Assembly (NCBI GenBank): GCA_052327205.1
Contig: CM126219.1
Location: forward strand, 29,760,001-29,824,000
Reading direction: 5' to 3'
DNA from: Somniosus microcephalus
Taxonomy: Eukaryota
Length of the DNA: 64,000 nucleotides
The position numbers and the translations under genes were made by a program. How positions within the stretch are numbered: the stretch's first letter is position 1; each line of letters begins with the position of its first letter. The notes beneath the pieces are model-generated. The model worked only from the letters and a program-made list of their open reading frames with translations. It did not search any database and was not told the DNA's origin. This document shows, piece after piece, positions 12,358-24,313 of this stretch.

Positions 12358-12375
12358 TGCCACTAGATGTCACCA
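12358..12375 (+). promoter_or_regulatory. Candidate CTCF-binding site
   Basis: TGCCACTAGATGTCACCA fits the CTCF core CCAC(C/T)AG(A/G)(T/G)GGC(A/G)C with one common variant position. Motif match only. Confidence 0.45.
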
Positions 12376-13569
12376 GTTTGTTTTTCCTCATACCACAAAA
12401 AGCTCGCTCTCACATCCACTAGCAGAAACTATAACTGCACAAATATATCTCTCTCTCTCGAGTAGTGAAATATGCTTTTATGACCAACTATTTTCATTTC
12501 CATACTGGCCTTGATATATACTTTGGGAAATATAGGTGGTAACAATCCTCAGGAAATAAAATCTGAATGACAAATACTCTCAAATCTATTGTAAAGAATC
12601 TTAATTCTGAGGTGCTATTGTGTATTTAATATATTGGCAGCATAGTACAGTATTCAGTGACCGAAATACTATTCAACAATCATTTGATTATTAATCTTTT
12701 GAATGACACAGCAGCATCTTTATACTACCTTCAAAAAAAAAATCCATATTTCTAGGGTCGACCAGAAATCCAGAAAACAATTGCATCTGTTCAATCATTT
12801 GTACTCCAGGTTTTATTGCTGTATGTAATATTTTGCATTATGGTTTCACAGCTCATCAAGAAGGGGGAAAGGAGGCTTGATTTCCATAAAGCACAAAGCC
12901 CTTCCTTCATGAAAAAGCCAATAAATACATTTGCAATAATGCATTTAAAAGAAAATGCTTAAAAAAAATTAAATATATAATCCCAAAAATCTTTTAAGGG
13001 TGCCGACTCGATTAACTTCAAAAATGTAATATGCTTGATTTCCATTATATTCTCATTTTCCAACTTGGATGCATGCCTTATTCATCACTTCACCATTGCT
13101 ATTTACTTGCAGTGTTGCAGAATTTATCAGGTTATTATGGATTGACCCTCAGGGCAGAACTATTCACTGCTACTCAATCCTGTCCAGCTATAAATGTCTG
13201 CATAAATTTAGGTCTCCAGTCTATCTTGCAATAATCTGACATGTTCAACACTTAAGGGGTTTTATTTTTGAGAAAGATTTTGGTAAGATATATAAACTAG
13301 TCGCAAAACAGTTTTTTTTGTTTTTAAATTTGAGATTTTATTTTTCTGCCTTTTCTTCCCAATTCTGACCACATCAGAAGGAGCATACATGGTTACTCAC
13401 TCTCCAATATTTACAAACAGACAGAATTGACGGGCAGGAAAAGACCAGCTAATCCATCAAGCCAGCCCCACACCATGATGGTCGGACCATCATCACTTTT
13501 GCATTTCCTTCCAACCCCATCATCATCTAAGTGTAATTCTTTATTTGGAAAAATAGACAAAGTGACCCT

Positions 13570-14001
13570 GTGCTCCCTGACCTACAGGTCCACCAACGCC
13601 TTGACTTTAAAATTCTAATCCTTGTGTTCAAATCACTCCATAGCTTCACCTCTCTCTCCAGCTCTGTAACCTCTTCCAGTCCAATAACCCTCCAAGAACT
13701 CCGTGTTCCTCTAACTCTGGCCTCTTTCGAATCCCACAGTCCCTTCACCCCAACTATATGGCCTTCAGCCGTATAGGCCTCAAGCTTCAGAATTCCCTCC
13801 CTATACGGCTCTGCCTCTTCACCTCGCACTCTTCCTTCAAGACCCTCCTTAAAACCTACCTCTTTAACCAAGCTTTTAGTCACTCATCCTAGTATCTCCT
13901 TTTTTGGCTGGATGTCAGTTTTTGTCCGATTACACTCCTGTGAAGCACCTTAGGATGTTTTCCTACGTTAAGGGCACGATGTAAATGCAAGTTGTTGTTG
14001 T
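13570..14001 (+). mobile_element. L2-clade LINE 3' fragment
   Basis: QRLDFKILILVFKSLHS motif; ends gtaaatgcaagttgttgttg. Confidence 0.85.
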
Positions 14002-14442
14002 TTCCTGTCAATGACAGAAACTGCACTTCTACAGCACGTCTGAAAACACTTGTAACTTAGCAAGAAAACAGACTAAAGGCGCCACACACGTGGCTAGTTT
14101 CAGGGTCATCCACTGTTGGAATCAAAACGCAGGACCACAGAGATGTGAAGCCTGACACATTAAGCTCAGCACATGAAGGGTTAACTAACTGTGACCGTCT
14201 ACAGGTCAATGCTTTCTCTCCTCACGCCATTTGAAGCTGCCTTAACGGACAACCTGTTCCTAGCCAGAAAATAAGTTTTACAAAAGTTTACAAAGAATCA
14301 GATCCAGTTAATTGTTGAAGAACTGGATAAAAATAGCATCGAACAGAGAAGGCACCTTCGCATGTGGTGTAGCACAGAGCTGCTACACTGTGCTGTTCAA
14401 GTTTCTTCAATCAGGATGTGTGCATTTGATTCCTATTAAAAG

Positions 14443-14640
14443 TGAGCCATGCTCCCATGGCACTGAATCATACAGACCAGACACGCTACAGGTGGGATTC
14501 TTGGTCTGTTTTGAGTTAGCTGCTGTCAGCTGGGATGGCAGTAGAAAGGGTAGTATTACAATTGGTCTCAGCAATGGTGGTCTGGAGAGAAAAAAAAAAT
14601 CAATCAATGATTGCTATCTCATGACCCTTGCTGGAAAATA
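14443..14640 (+). mobile_element. Ancient SINE fragment (AmnSINE2-like)
   Basis: catacagaccag...ggtctgttttgagttagctgctgtcagctggg...tacaattggtctcagc...tgacccttgctggaaa resembles the recalled AmnSINE2-type consensus; degraded. Confidence 0.55.
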
Positions 14641-14645
14641 CTTAC

Positions 14646-14746
14646 ATGTTGTGAAGCACACACCAGCCACAGTGAGGGTCTCCAGAACTTAGACACTCGC
14701 TGCATGTTTCGTATTGTTCACATGATTCCACAGGCACTCTTGAGAG
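14646..14746 (-). CDS. PLXNA2: Plexin-A2-like coding exon, 101 nt (start of PSI1)
   Basis: tttttctttttcAG|CTC TCA AGA...CAC AAC AT|GTaagt. Encodes [33 protein letters not shown](M), with the canonical PSI motif C..C...DPHCGWC. The phase-2 end joins the 1760-1637 exon in frame. Confidence 0.95.
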
Positions 14747-14845
14747 CTGAAAAAGAAAAAGAAAAATCAGAATGAGGCATGAAACGTAATGGGTTGAAAC
14801 TGTGTTGCGAGATGTTAGTAATCAAAATGTTAGAATAAAACAACA

Positions 14846-15186
14846 CTAGGAAATAGCAGTAGGAATAGGCCATATGGCCCTTGGAGCCTGCTCTGCCATT
14901 CAACAAGATCATGGCTTATCAACTGCCTCAACTCCACTTTCCCGCCCTATCACGATGTCCCTTGATTCCCTTAGTGCTCAAAAATCTATCAATCCCAGTC
15001 TTGAAGATACTCATCGATTGAGCATCCACAGCCCTCTGGGGTAGAGAATTCCAGAGATTCACAACCCTTTGAGTGAAGAAATTTCTCCTCATCTCAGTCC
15101 TAAATGGCCGACCCCTTATCCTGAGATGATGACCCCTGGTTCTAGACACTCCAGCCAGGGGAAACATCCTCTCCGCATCTACCCTT
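14846..15186 (-). mobile_element. CR1 LINE 3' fragment
   Basis: ORF 14928-15191: RIRGRPFRTEMRRNFFTQRVVNLWNSLPQRAV; CR1 3' UTR toward 14850. Confidence 0.9.
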
Positions 15187-17449
15187 AACACCTTCTGATC
15201 ATCTCCTTTATCTTAAAGGCAATAACCCATTTATTTTAAATATTGCACAAGGCACTTTCAATCTAATGGACTGGCGTCTGGAGTCACATCCCAAACATGA
15301 AGAGGACGCATGTTTCATTTGCTTTAATTAACAGATGGCGATTGACCACAAAGTCGAGCTGGATTCTGTCACTGGTGATCATTAGTGACACTCACCAGTG
15401 ACAGTGTTAGGGTCATTTCAGAGCAACCTGGGACATTAACTGGGGCATCTGCACAATTTCACAAGAAGCTTCAGAAAAAGTTTGCAACTTAAAAGCCTGG
15501 CCGTTTCTGTTTGCACAAATTATTATTAGATAAAAAAAGGATTTTATTGCAATAAATAGGATTATCTGTGATTTCGGAGGTTGTTTTTTTTGTTGCTTAT
15601 TTGGTGGTCCGGATACAAAATGGTCCATTCTAAACAAAGCTGATCGGAGATCGAGAAGTAATAAAGCTGGCAGCTGGAGAATATTCAGCATCTAGATGTG
15701 CAGCCATTCATATTTCATATGCACATACGCTTGGCAATTTTAAAATGCATGAACAGAGCTCTCATTATTTCCCATTAGAGTTTTCCTTCTACAGACAGCA
15801 GATTTTCAGTGTTCTAAATTAAGATTATCTGAGAGCTCCAGAGCAGAATCCTTAAGCAAAATATTGTGTAAGGATTATTATTATTATTTATTTTTTTTTT
15901 TTTTTTTTAAAAACAGTGCTGGCGCCTAAAGCTGAACACGGATCTGGCCTGTGAAGATGCTCCCTAAACCAGGGCAAGGGGGTAGGCAGCAAAATAATTC
16001 AAGCTAAGAGGAGGGCTGCATTTTAAAGCGGTTAAGCGGCAACATTAACATATCAAAACAAGGAGGCTAGCTTATTTAGAAAATAGTAATAGTGTACATT
16101 AAAACATTTAGTGGCTCTTGACCTTTTTCCACTACTTTCTAACGCTGAGCATCAGATATTTACACAAAATCTTTTAGTTTGAGGTTATCTGACACAAAAC
16201 ATACCCAAACTGTCAGTGTAAAATCTGTAAATTGCAAAGGTTAACCATCAGGTATTGACACAAAATGATGAGCTGAATATAAAATGTACATAAAATGGAA
16301 TCTAATTATAATATTAACTGACATAGGGGGCACTTTTTTTTTAATGAAAAAACATTTAATTTGGTGGGTGCAGCCTAACCGACAAAAGGGGGGGGGGGCG
16401 GAAGGGCTAAAGTTTGGGATGTGGCCTATATATGTGCCAATAGAGAATATTCAGAATATTTGAGAAACAGTTTTTATATATTTGCTCACTGTATGCAGGA
16501 ATATGTTGTAATATTCATATTAAGCTACATTTCCACATTTCAGTAATTTTCTGAGGGAGGCAGACAAAATAATTAATTCGTCAAGAGAATTTTTCACGGC
16601 CAGCTAAAACTGTGGAGAGTGAGGCTTCCACCTGTCTCGAATAAAGAACAACTGCAGACCACTCTCTTAGCAAAGCCATTGAAACCCTAGACAGATCAAC
16701 AGCTGAGGCTGGTCAGACTCAATAGCACCAGTGTCCCCCGTCCACAATGGGCACTTTCACACTGCACAGTTGAAGAGGAGGCGGACACATGCTGAAGAAC
16801 CACCGCCCTGCTGGTGTGGAAAAGTAAACAAGTGGCCACCACTGCTGGACACTTGGCGGCTGCATCTGTTTCTGCACCCACTCATATCATTACACTGAGC
16901 TTTTGGAACAAAGGATGCTCTTGATAACTGGGCTGCTGCCATGACTCTTAATAAATGGGAACTATGCACACAATCTGGTTCAGTAATGTGTCATCTGGCT
17001 ATGAGAAGTATGTTTATTTTATACCACCAGCACGCAAGAGGTTATAATAATGTCAGAGGACATGATAGCGCATGACATGATAAGCGCATGACATGATATT
17101 TAAGAAGTGGTAGGCTGCAAAACAAACATCCTGAAAGGCATTTATTCATTTTTTTCCCCAATTTTGCCTTCCTTATTAACCCCTGAAAAATGCGCCTCCT
17201 ACACAATGGTAATTCCTTCTCTTCCGTATCTCCTGCGACCTCTTTCCCAGTCAATGCCATTGTTGGTTTGCCGCTGAGCTCCAACAGTACACGGTATTTC
17301 CTCCCCTCTGGTTTTCAGCTCAAAGTGAGATGGCATGGCCTTTTAAGAGCTGCCAACTCAGTAAGATCATTTATTTTTGCAATCCTATTGTAACAAGATA
17401 ATAACTGTACAAGTACCACATTTCCATATTCTCCCCACCCCGCCCCCCC

Positions 17450-17820
17450 TCGAGTCAGTCCTGTGCCTTCTCTCAGTGTGGAGATGAATGTACCAGCAAC
17501 TTGTCCTCTGGTAGAAATCTAGGCGCATATATTAGTGGTCTCCTAATTCTAACTAGCCCATGTCTTCTAGTTATGGGATTGAAGTACTGTGCTGCATTAT
17601 CACCCATTCAGTAGCTTTGCAGCTTCGTCAAGTGGTACAGAAATTGTTAAAGCCCCATTTCCCTGGAATACTATTACTCTGCTGTACAGAGGATTCGACC
17701 AAGACTGATGAAATTTTCCCTCCAGGAGACACTTGAGTTGACAGTTAATTGATATTGGGGTTCAAACTTGGGTCCACTCATTGTGCGTCTGATACTTTCG
17801 CACTGCAGCCACTTAGGGCA
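17450..17820 (-). mobile_element. Possible highly degraded tRNA-derived SINE
   Basis: Minus strand begins tgccctaagTGGCTGCAGTGcg...caaGTTTGAACCCc, with A-box-like and B-box-like spacing; body not assignable. Confidence 0.3.
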
Positions 17821-20800
17821 TATTCATAAGTCTTTTCATTTCTTTATAAAGGAGGACACCGCCCTTCTTTGTAAAGAATAAAATGACTTGCAAAAAAATA
17901 ACAAGAAACAAAAAACAATTCTTTGAATTCAGAACGTTTTTGCTCATCCCGAAATTCATTCAAATCCATCAAAAGACAGGTCTGAATGACTATTGAAATA
18001 CTTTCAAGAATGTGTACTGATAGTGCACCGCTCTCCATACAAACATATCAGCCAAGGAGACATTTCTGGAACTGAGTGCGTAAAGAAACGGTGATTGAAA
18101 GTAGGATTTTGCAGGATACAAAACACTTCGCACCCACTTCACAGGCCTATCTAGACACACATCCGTTACATCAAAACCGAATACGTTGCCCAATGGAAAT
18201 ATTTTATACATTATTATAAATCAAAGACACAATAAAGGTGTAGATGAATGGTAGCCCATAAGAACAGCTGATGCCCTGTCATACCAGAGTAAAAGGTAAG
18301 TATAAATATCAGCATGACATATGTTGTCCATCATTATTCCATACAAAATGCTGCATGGTGTATTGGTGCAGCTCACCAGCCTAGTTTGGTTGCAATAGCT
18401 TACAGACTTTTGCATTTTCCATTTCTGGAAACACACAAAAATCTTCAATGCCGCAGTTCAACAGAGATACTGACCCACTCCAGACAGTGGGAGCACTTTC
18501 AAAGATGAATGTATTGAAAAGAATTTTCTATCATTCAGAAGAGAATATTCAGCGTTTGAGTAAAGAGATAGATAGAAACATTTCAGTCATTATTGGGGGG
18601 GGGGGGGGGAAAGTGTGTGGAACTCAACAGTTGTAAAGGCAATTCGGTGCTCTGGGGATTAGGCATGTAGAGTATTGTGTATCACAGTAATAGGTGGAAT
18701 ATAAAATTACCAAATAAAACACAACCAGCAAGCTGGCACTTTAGAAGCCATACACTGAACTACAGTGGGAAATAGTTTTGCATTGTTTTTCTGTTTAATC
18801 AATCATACATGGTTGCCTGTAAATGCCTCTAAATAATTAATTTAATTCCAGTGGCTGATGTTTTCATTAGCAAAGGATTGAATTCTTTTATTTTAATGTA
18901 ACTTCTGGGCGGAGTACATCAAGATGACAGTAATCTGAAGAGAGCGAAGGTTGAAATAATAAAGCAACTGTCTGGCTGCTGAGGAATGAGCAGAACGACC
19001 CTCACAAAGGAGATAAACTCATTCACGCCAACTCCCAGCTGAAGCAATGAGGAACGGCAGCAATAAATGAGAAAGTACTAAGCAGCATCGTGTACTTACT
19101 GCCTCAAAGAAAAAAAATCATTTCTTTTTTAAAAATGACAAGGACTTTACAATGTAATTGCTCGCAATTGTCAGCACAATCCATCACATGGTTGCACTCT
19201 CTGAGCCGATTTAACTATCAATCTGTTACTGTACCTCCACCAGAACTACGGACAAGCAGATTTGAACATTTAAAATGACTATTACAAGTCAGAATGTTTT
19301 CCTAGTTAAATGAAAATTAGCAGTCTTATATATATACATGCAAGTGGAAATGATGAGAAATCTCTCATCAAGTGAGAGTGTACTGCATCAGCACTGTATA
19401 AGCCCCAGGTGAAAGGTTATAATATCTACAAAATGAGCTGCATTGTATTATACCTCATGCATTTTGTATTACAAAATAAATAAGCCAAGCTTTGGAGATG
19501 TTAATGTGCATCACTGCAGGCTATGGCTTCATCTGAAATTCGTGACCAGGGAAATTATATTAGTTATAATCATCACTAAGATCATACAAGTCTTACAAAA
19601 ATTCTGCCCAGGGCAAAATAGCCTTTTTCATGTGGGTTTTTTTTTTTTTTTTTAAGCACAACTGGAATTTGTTTGTAAAACAGAACTTTACATATACGCC
19701 CACAGTCTGATGGGACAAAAATATTTCAGTAATTTTAACAGAATAGCAATTAAATGCATGGTTACTACAATAAAACCTCAATTTTAAACACTTTTTAGAC
19801 TGGTGGTTTCCATGGCAACTGTCGAACTTTCACCACAGCAGTAACCTGAAGGGCAGCCCATAAAAACAGCGAGCTCCATTAGAAGTATCTAGGTCTCCGA
19901 GGTCAAACAGCGAATACATTTCTAACGCTTTTGGGTATCATGAAATTCAACTCGTCTGCTTTTATAATGCAAGATAATAGTTCCACCGATCATTGAGAGA
20001 AATTCATTTCTGTGTGTAGAGGCAGAGTGGAGGGACAACAGACATCAGCACCATACAAGACTGGGTACCATTAGGAGGATGAAGGTTTTCAGGCCCTGGA
20101 GAAGTTCAGTCCAGAATGGCTAAATTCCACAGCAAATCTGTTCAAAAACAGTGTGCTAACTGCATGCAACTTTCCTAGGTCAACTCATTTCCATAATTAT
20201 TCACAGCTCCCAGTCCAGATTTGGCATTGTGCAAGAGCAAGCCTAATTGGGCGGGGGGCAGGAGAAGTGGGGTCAGAAAATCATGATGTAGGTGAAATTT
20301 AAACACGTGCGGTTACTTAAAGGGAAGTGCCCTCAATACAAAGTCTGGAAAGTGATGGAGCAACACATGCTCGGATTCGTAGCTGGCAAAGTAGCACTCA
20401 AGGTACCCACCTCAACGGATAGCCGTGCAGCGTGACTGCAATAATCCTGAGGCATAAAAGGTCACGGAAGTAGTGACCTTCACAGCCACCGACAGCAGAG
20501 TTTGGCTATGGATCCAGTTACAGCATGTGGCACTGCTCGGTCACTGCCTCCATCATGAATCACAGCCTACCCACACAGAACTCTGTGGATGAATCTAGGT
20601 AAGTGCTTCTGCCTGTGTTCGCTAATAGTGCATCTCTCCTTTGCTCCTCCTCTTCTTCCCAAAAATAAAATAGTGGGATTGGCATAGGGAAGCCCATGGT
20701 TCACATTGAGAAATTTAGCAAGATATGGCAGTGTCAGAATGTCAAGCCCCCAAAGCTTGTTCAATAATTAAGTGGCAAAAGAAATGTTATAATAGAAATG

Positions 20801-21454
20801 GACAAAAGCAGTTCCAAAGCATCCCTCCAAACCAGTGGTTTGTTTTCCTTTAACCCATTAAATACTCACTTCCACATTCAACTGCTATCGCGGAATCCCG
20901 GATGCCCTTTGTGGGTTGGCGCATTAAAGAATGACTCCAGACCTGGCCTAATAGCCAGGCTATAACAGGGATGCCTACATGATGTCATCTATGTTCTAGT
21001 TTAATATTGCAGTAAATCTGCCATTTCTTTATAGCAGGAGCTTTTAATGCTCAGTTATGCCTTGATTACACCTGTTTACGGGGCATAATGGAACTGAACA
21101 TTCTGGCTCAGCTTCTTTAGGCAGCTGATGGTATGCATGAGGGGAAAGATTTAATCAGGAGCTAGCCGACAAAGAACAGAAAAATACTAATTTTATTGAG
21201 CGTAAGGAAAACATTAGAATGATAAAGTGCGAGTGAATTTGAAAGCTCAAGTACAAGAAAGCTGCATTTCTGTTGTAATAATGTGGGATATCTAAACAAG
21301 AGCTAATTGAATAAGTATCATACCACCTCTGTAGTATTAACTGATCTAAGGCATAAATGGTTTCCTTAGACTGGCTAGTTTTGTAAGTATTTAGGTGGCA
21401 GGCCAGGATGCTGAAATGAACATAATTATTACAATGCAAATGCCTAAAAAAATT

Positions 21455-22410
21455 TAACTGCATATTATTAACCCTACTCACACTGAGCAGGTTAATCACC
21501 CACTCAGAACGTGACCCCTTCCTGCCACATGCAATCTTAACCTGCAGGGTTCTGCAACCAGCTGAGGCGCCCACCTGAGCTTGAACAAACCGGGGTCCTA
21601 TTAAAAGGACTCAACTGCACCTTAAGTGGGCCTGAACAAATTTCCAGCCAGGTCAATGCAGGTTGATAGTTGTCAGGAAGGACGAACAGGCCCAAAAGGT
21701 AAGTCAGAAACTTGCCTCTGTGGAGCCAAGAGGAGCAGATTTGCTCCTTCGGGCCCCACAAGGACTGGACTCCCCCCTTCCATCCTGTGAGACACACTAA
21801 AAACCCCTCCCCGCTCGGGTTACTTACCCACTGGAAAGCCGCCTAGTTCCTGCAAACTACAATTTTCATTCAGGCTTCTGGAAAGGCGACTAAGCCACCC
21901 CAAAGCCAGCAGGGTTTTTCAATTATGCAAATCAGGGTCCAATGATGTCATCAGGCCCTGACTGCAATTTTAACTCTGGCTTAAGCAAGGATGTCACCAT
22001 GGCTTTCCCACCAGGTGAAGGCCAGTCAGGACCTGCCCCAAAGTACTACACTTTCCTTTGAGGGGCCAGGAGGCACAGAGCTGTTTAAGCCCCACTAAGA
22101 AAGTTTAGGCCTCCCTGCACCGTTCTGAATGAGAGATCCCCACAAGACGCTCCAGGAATCCAATCCAGTCACCTACCATGAGGCGCGGGAGTTAAAATAT
22201 ACTGGGCCTGATTTCTGGAGCAGGGGGACGAGATTCCAACTCACCTCACCACCGACCCACCCAAAACTTGGCTGGATTAAAGTCAGAATCAATGGCCGGG
22301 ATTTTGCCAGCACTCAGTGGGCAGGATGGGTGGCGGGTCAGCTGTTAAATTTAAAATAACTGACAGCGGGTTGGGAACCCGCTGTCAAAACGCGTACACT
22401 GGACTTTCCC
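21455..22410. mobile_element. Cluster of degraded GC-rich MITE-like sequences
   Basis: GGGC/GGCC-nn-GATTT-type termini at 22204 and 22294, and a perfect hairpin tgacagcgggtt-ggg-aacccgctgtca at 22361-22387; boundaries uncertain. Confidence 0.4.
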
Positions 22411-23063
22411 CGACGTTTGTCTTATGTGTTTCTGTAGATATGTGGGGATTGGACTGGTCCAAGTGACACTAGAAAAAACAAGCAGCAATGTTGTACATTT
22501 ACCGCATTATTACAATATAACAGACATAAACTTTGGCCCATCATTTTATCTACTGCCACACATCTGAACTGGCATGCTGTTTCCTGTATGTGAATGATCA
22601 GCGTCCTACAATATTGTGTCTTAGAGAACAATTTAAACAGTTACAACAGCTACTTGTTCCCTACGCTCCGAAGACCCAAGGCAAACCAGTCATTAAACAG
22701 CAGACAGCCAAACGCACAATACCATCTTGCAGGGAGGAAGTCTATAGTACGTATTAAGGATTATTCCATTGTTCCACTTGTTTCCTGGCATCTTTTAATC
22801 AGGTGCCAATTGACAGTAAATACAAGGCTACCATATGAAGCAATCGTTACACATTTAGTAAACCATTTCTATCTAGAAATAAAACAAATGCCTCATGTTG
22901 TTATGGCTCCTTTGAAGAAGCTTCTCCATCCTACACGTGAACTACTTTGGCATGTTCCCAAGGTGTATGAAGGATGTAGAATTGGATTATCTACATCTTC
23001 CAAAAACCACTAATCCCACAGTTTGTTGCACAGGCTAGGCTTGCTTTTCCTCAAGTATAGAAG

Positions 23064-23430
23064 ATTAAGGGGGTGAGGTGTTTAAGACAATTAAAGGATA
23101 TGATACAGTAGATAGAGAGAAACTATTTCCTCTGCTGAGGGAGTCCCGAACAAAGGGCATAATCTTAAAATTAGAGCTAGGCCGTTCAGGGGTGATGTCA
23201 GGAGGCACATATTCATACAAAGGGCAGTGGAAATCTGGAACCCTCACTCAGAAAACTATTGAGGCTAGGTCAATTGAAAATTTCAAAACTGAGATGGACA
23301 GATTTTTGTTAGATAAGGGTATTAAGGGATATGGAACGAAGGCGGATAAATGAAATTAAGATTCAGATCAGCCATGATCTAATTGAATGGCGCAGCAGGC
23401 TCGAGGGTCTGAATGGCCTACTCCTGTTCA
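23064..23430 (+). mobile_element. CR1 LINE 3' fragment, degraded
   Basis: FKTIKGYDTVDREKLFPL...FKTEMDRFLLDKGIKGYG followed by the CR1 3' UTR. Confidence 0.88.
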
Positions 23431-24313
23431 CAGGCTCTGCGGTGGCATAGTTTTGGCAATGGCACAGTTCTGGGGATTTATACAGAGTGGGAGTAGGAGC
23501 ACCATCTATCTGCAACGTCCTGATGGCATTTGCACGTGTGCTCAGCATGGGCTGGTCCAGAACTTAACAAGTGCAGAATGAATAAGGGCTACATTTCTAC
23601 TGCTGAGAGCAAGTGGAAGCCTTGTAAGCAATTAGCAGAGCTTAAACCAAAGTTTATCGTCTGTGATGGCTAAGAGCGCCTTTTCATTGGTTATGTAATG
23701 CTTCCAAACCCCACATCATCACCCGCACCCCCCCTCCCTCCCTGATGGTCATTTCATTTCTAAGTACCAGTTATAAGAAGATTTTATCTCGTTCACACAT
23801 GAAAGAAAAACTGCATTAAGTTATGTGGTAAGCTGCTATTTTGCTTTTTGGACTATAACTGGCTACAAAGTTTATTCAAAATATGTCTGAAGTATTATAG
23901 AACTGAGGCTTAAACAGGCTTTTGCTTCTCGACCATATCGCCATTTGTGCAATTCATGTACAGGTATTTATATAGTAATTTATAAATTTTAAAAAATACA
24001 CAGAGATGCTCGTCAGTTTTAACAAATCAACCAAACAAGTGAACAGAAACAAACTTCAAAGACATCTTCACAGCAGCCCAAACTTGGTGCCACATAAAGA
24101 GCTTTACTGTGAGCACAAAGAGCCAATTAAGAGCTTTGAAAGGAGCATGGCACAAACAGACAAAAGGCAGAATCTGAAACCTAATACAATACACATTTTG
24201 TTACAGCTGCACACTGAAACATAGTTACGCTGGCGATCTCTTCGGAGATAAATTGATTGAATTCAAAAGAATTTTCACTGTCAGCTGACAGCAATGTATC
24301 ATTAAGTTCAATC

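Noticed and set aside
17059-17098. Short tandem repeat (catgata(a)gcgcatga) and the 14-bp duplication at 56168-56197
   Set aside because: Ordinary slippage duplications of 2-2.5 units.
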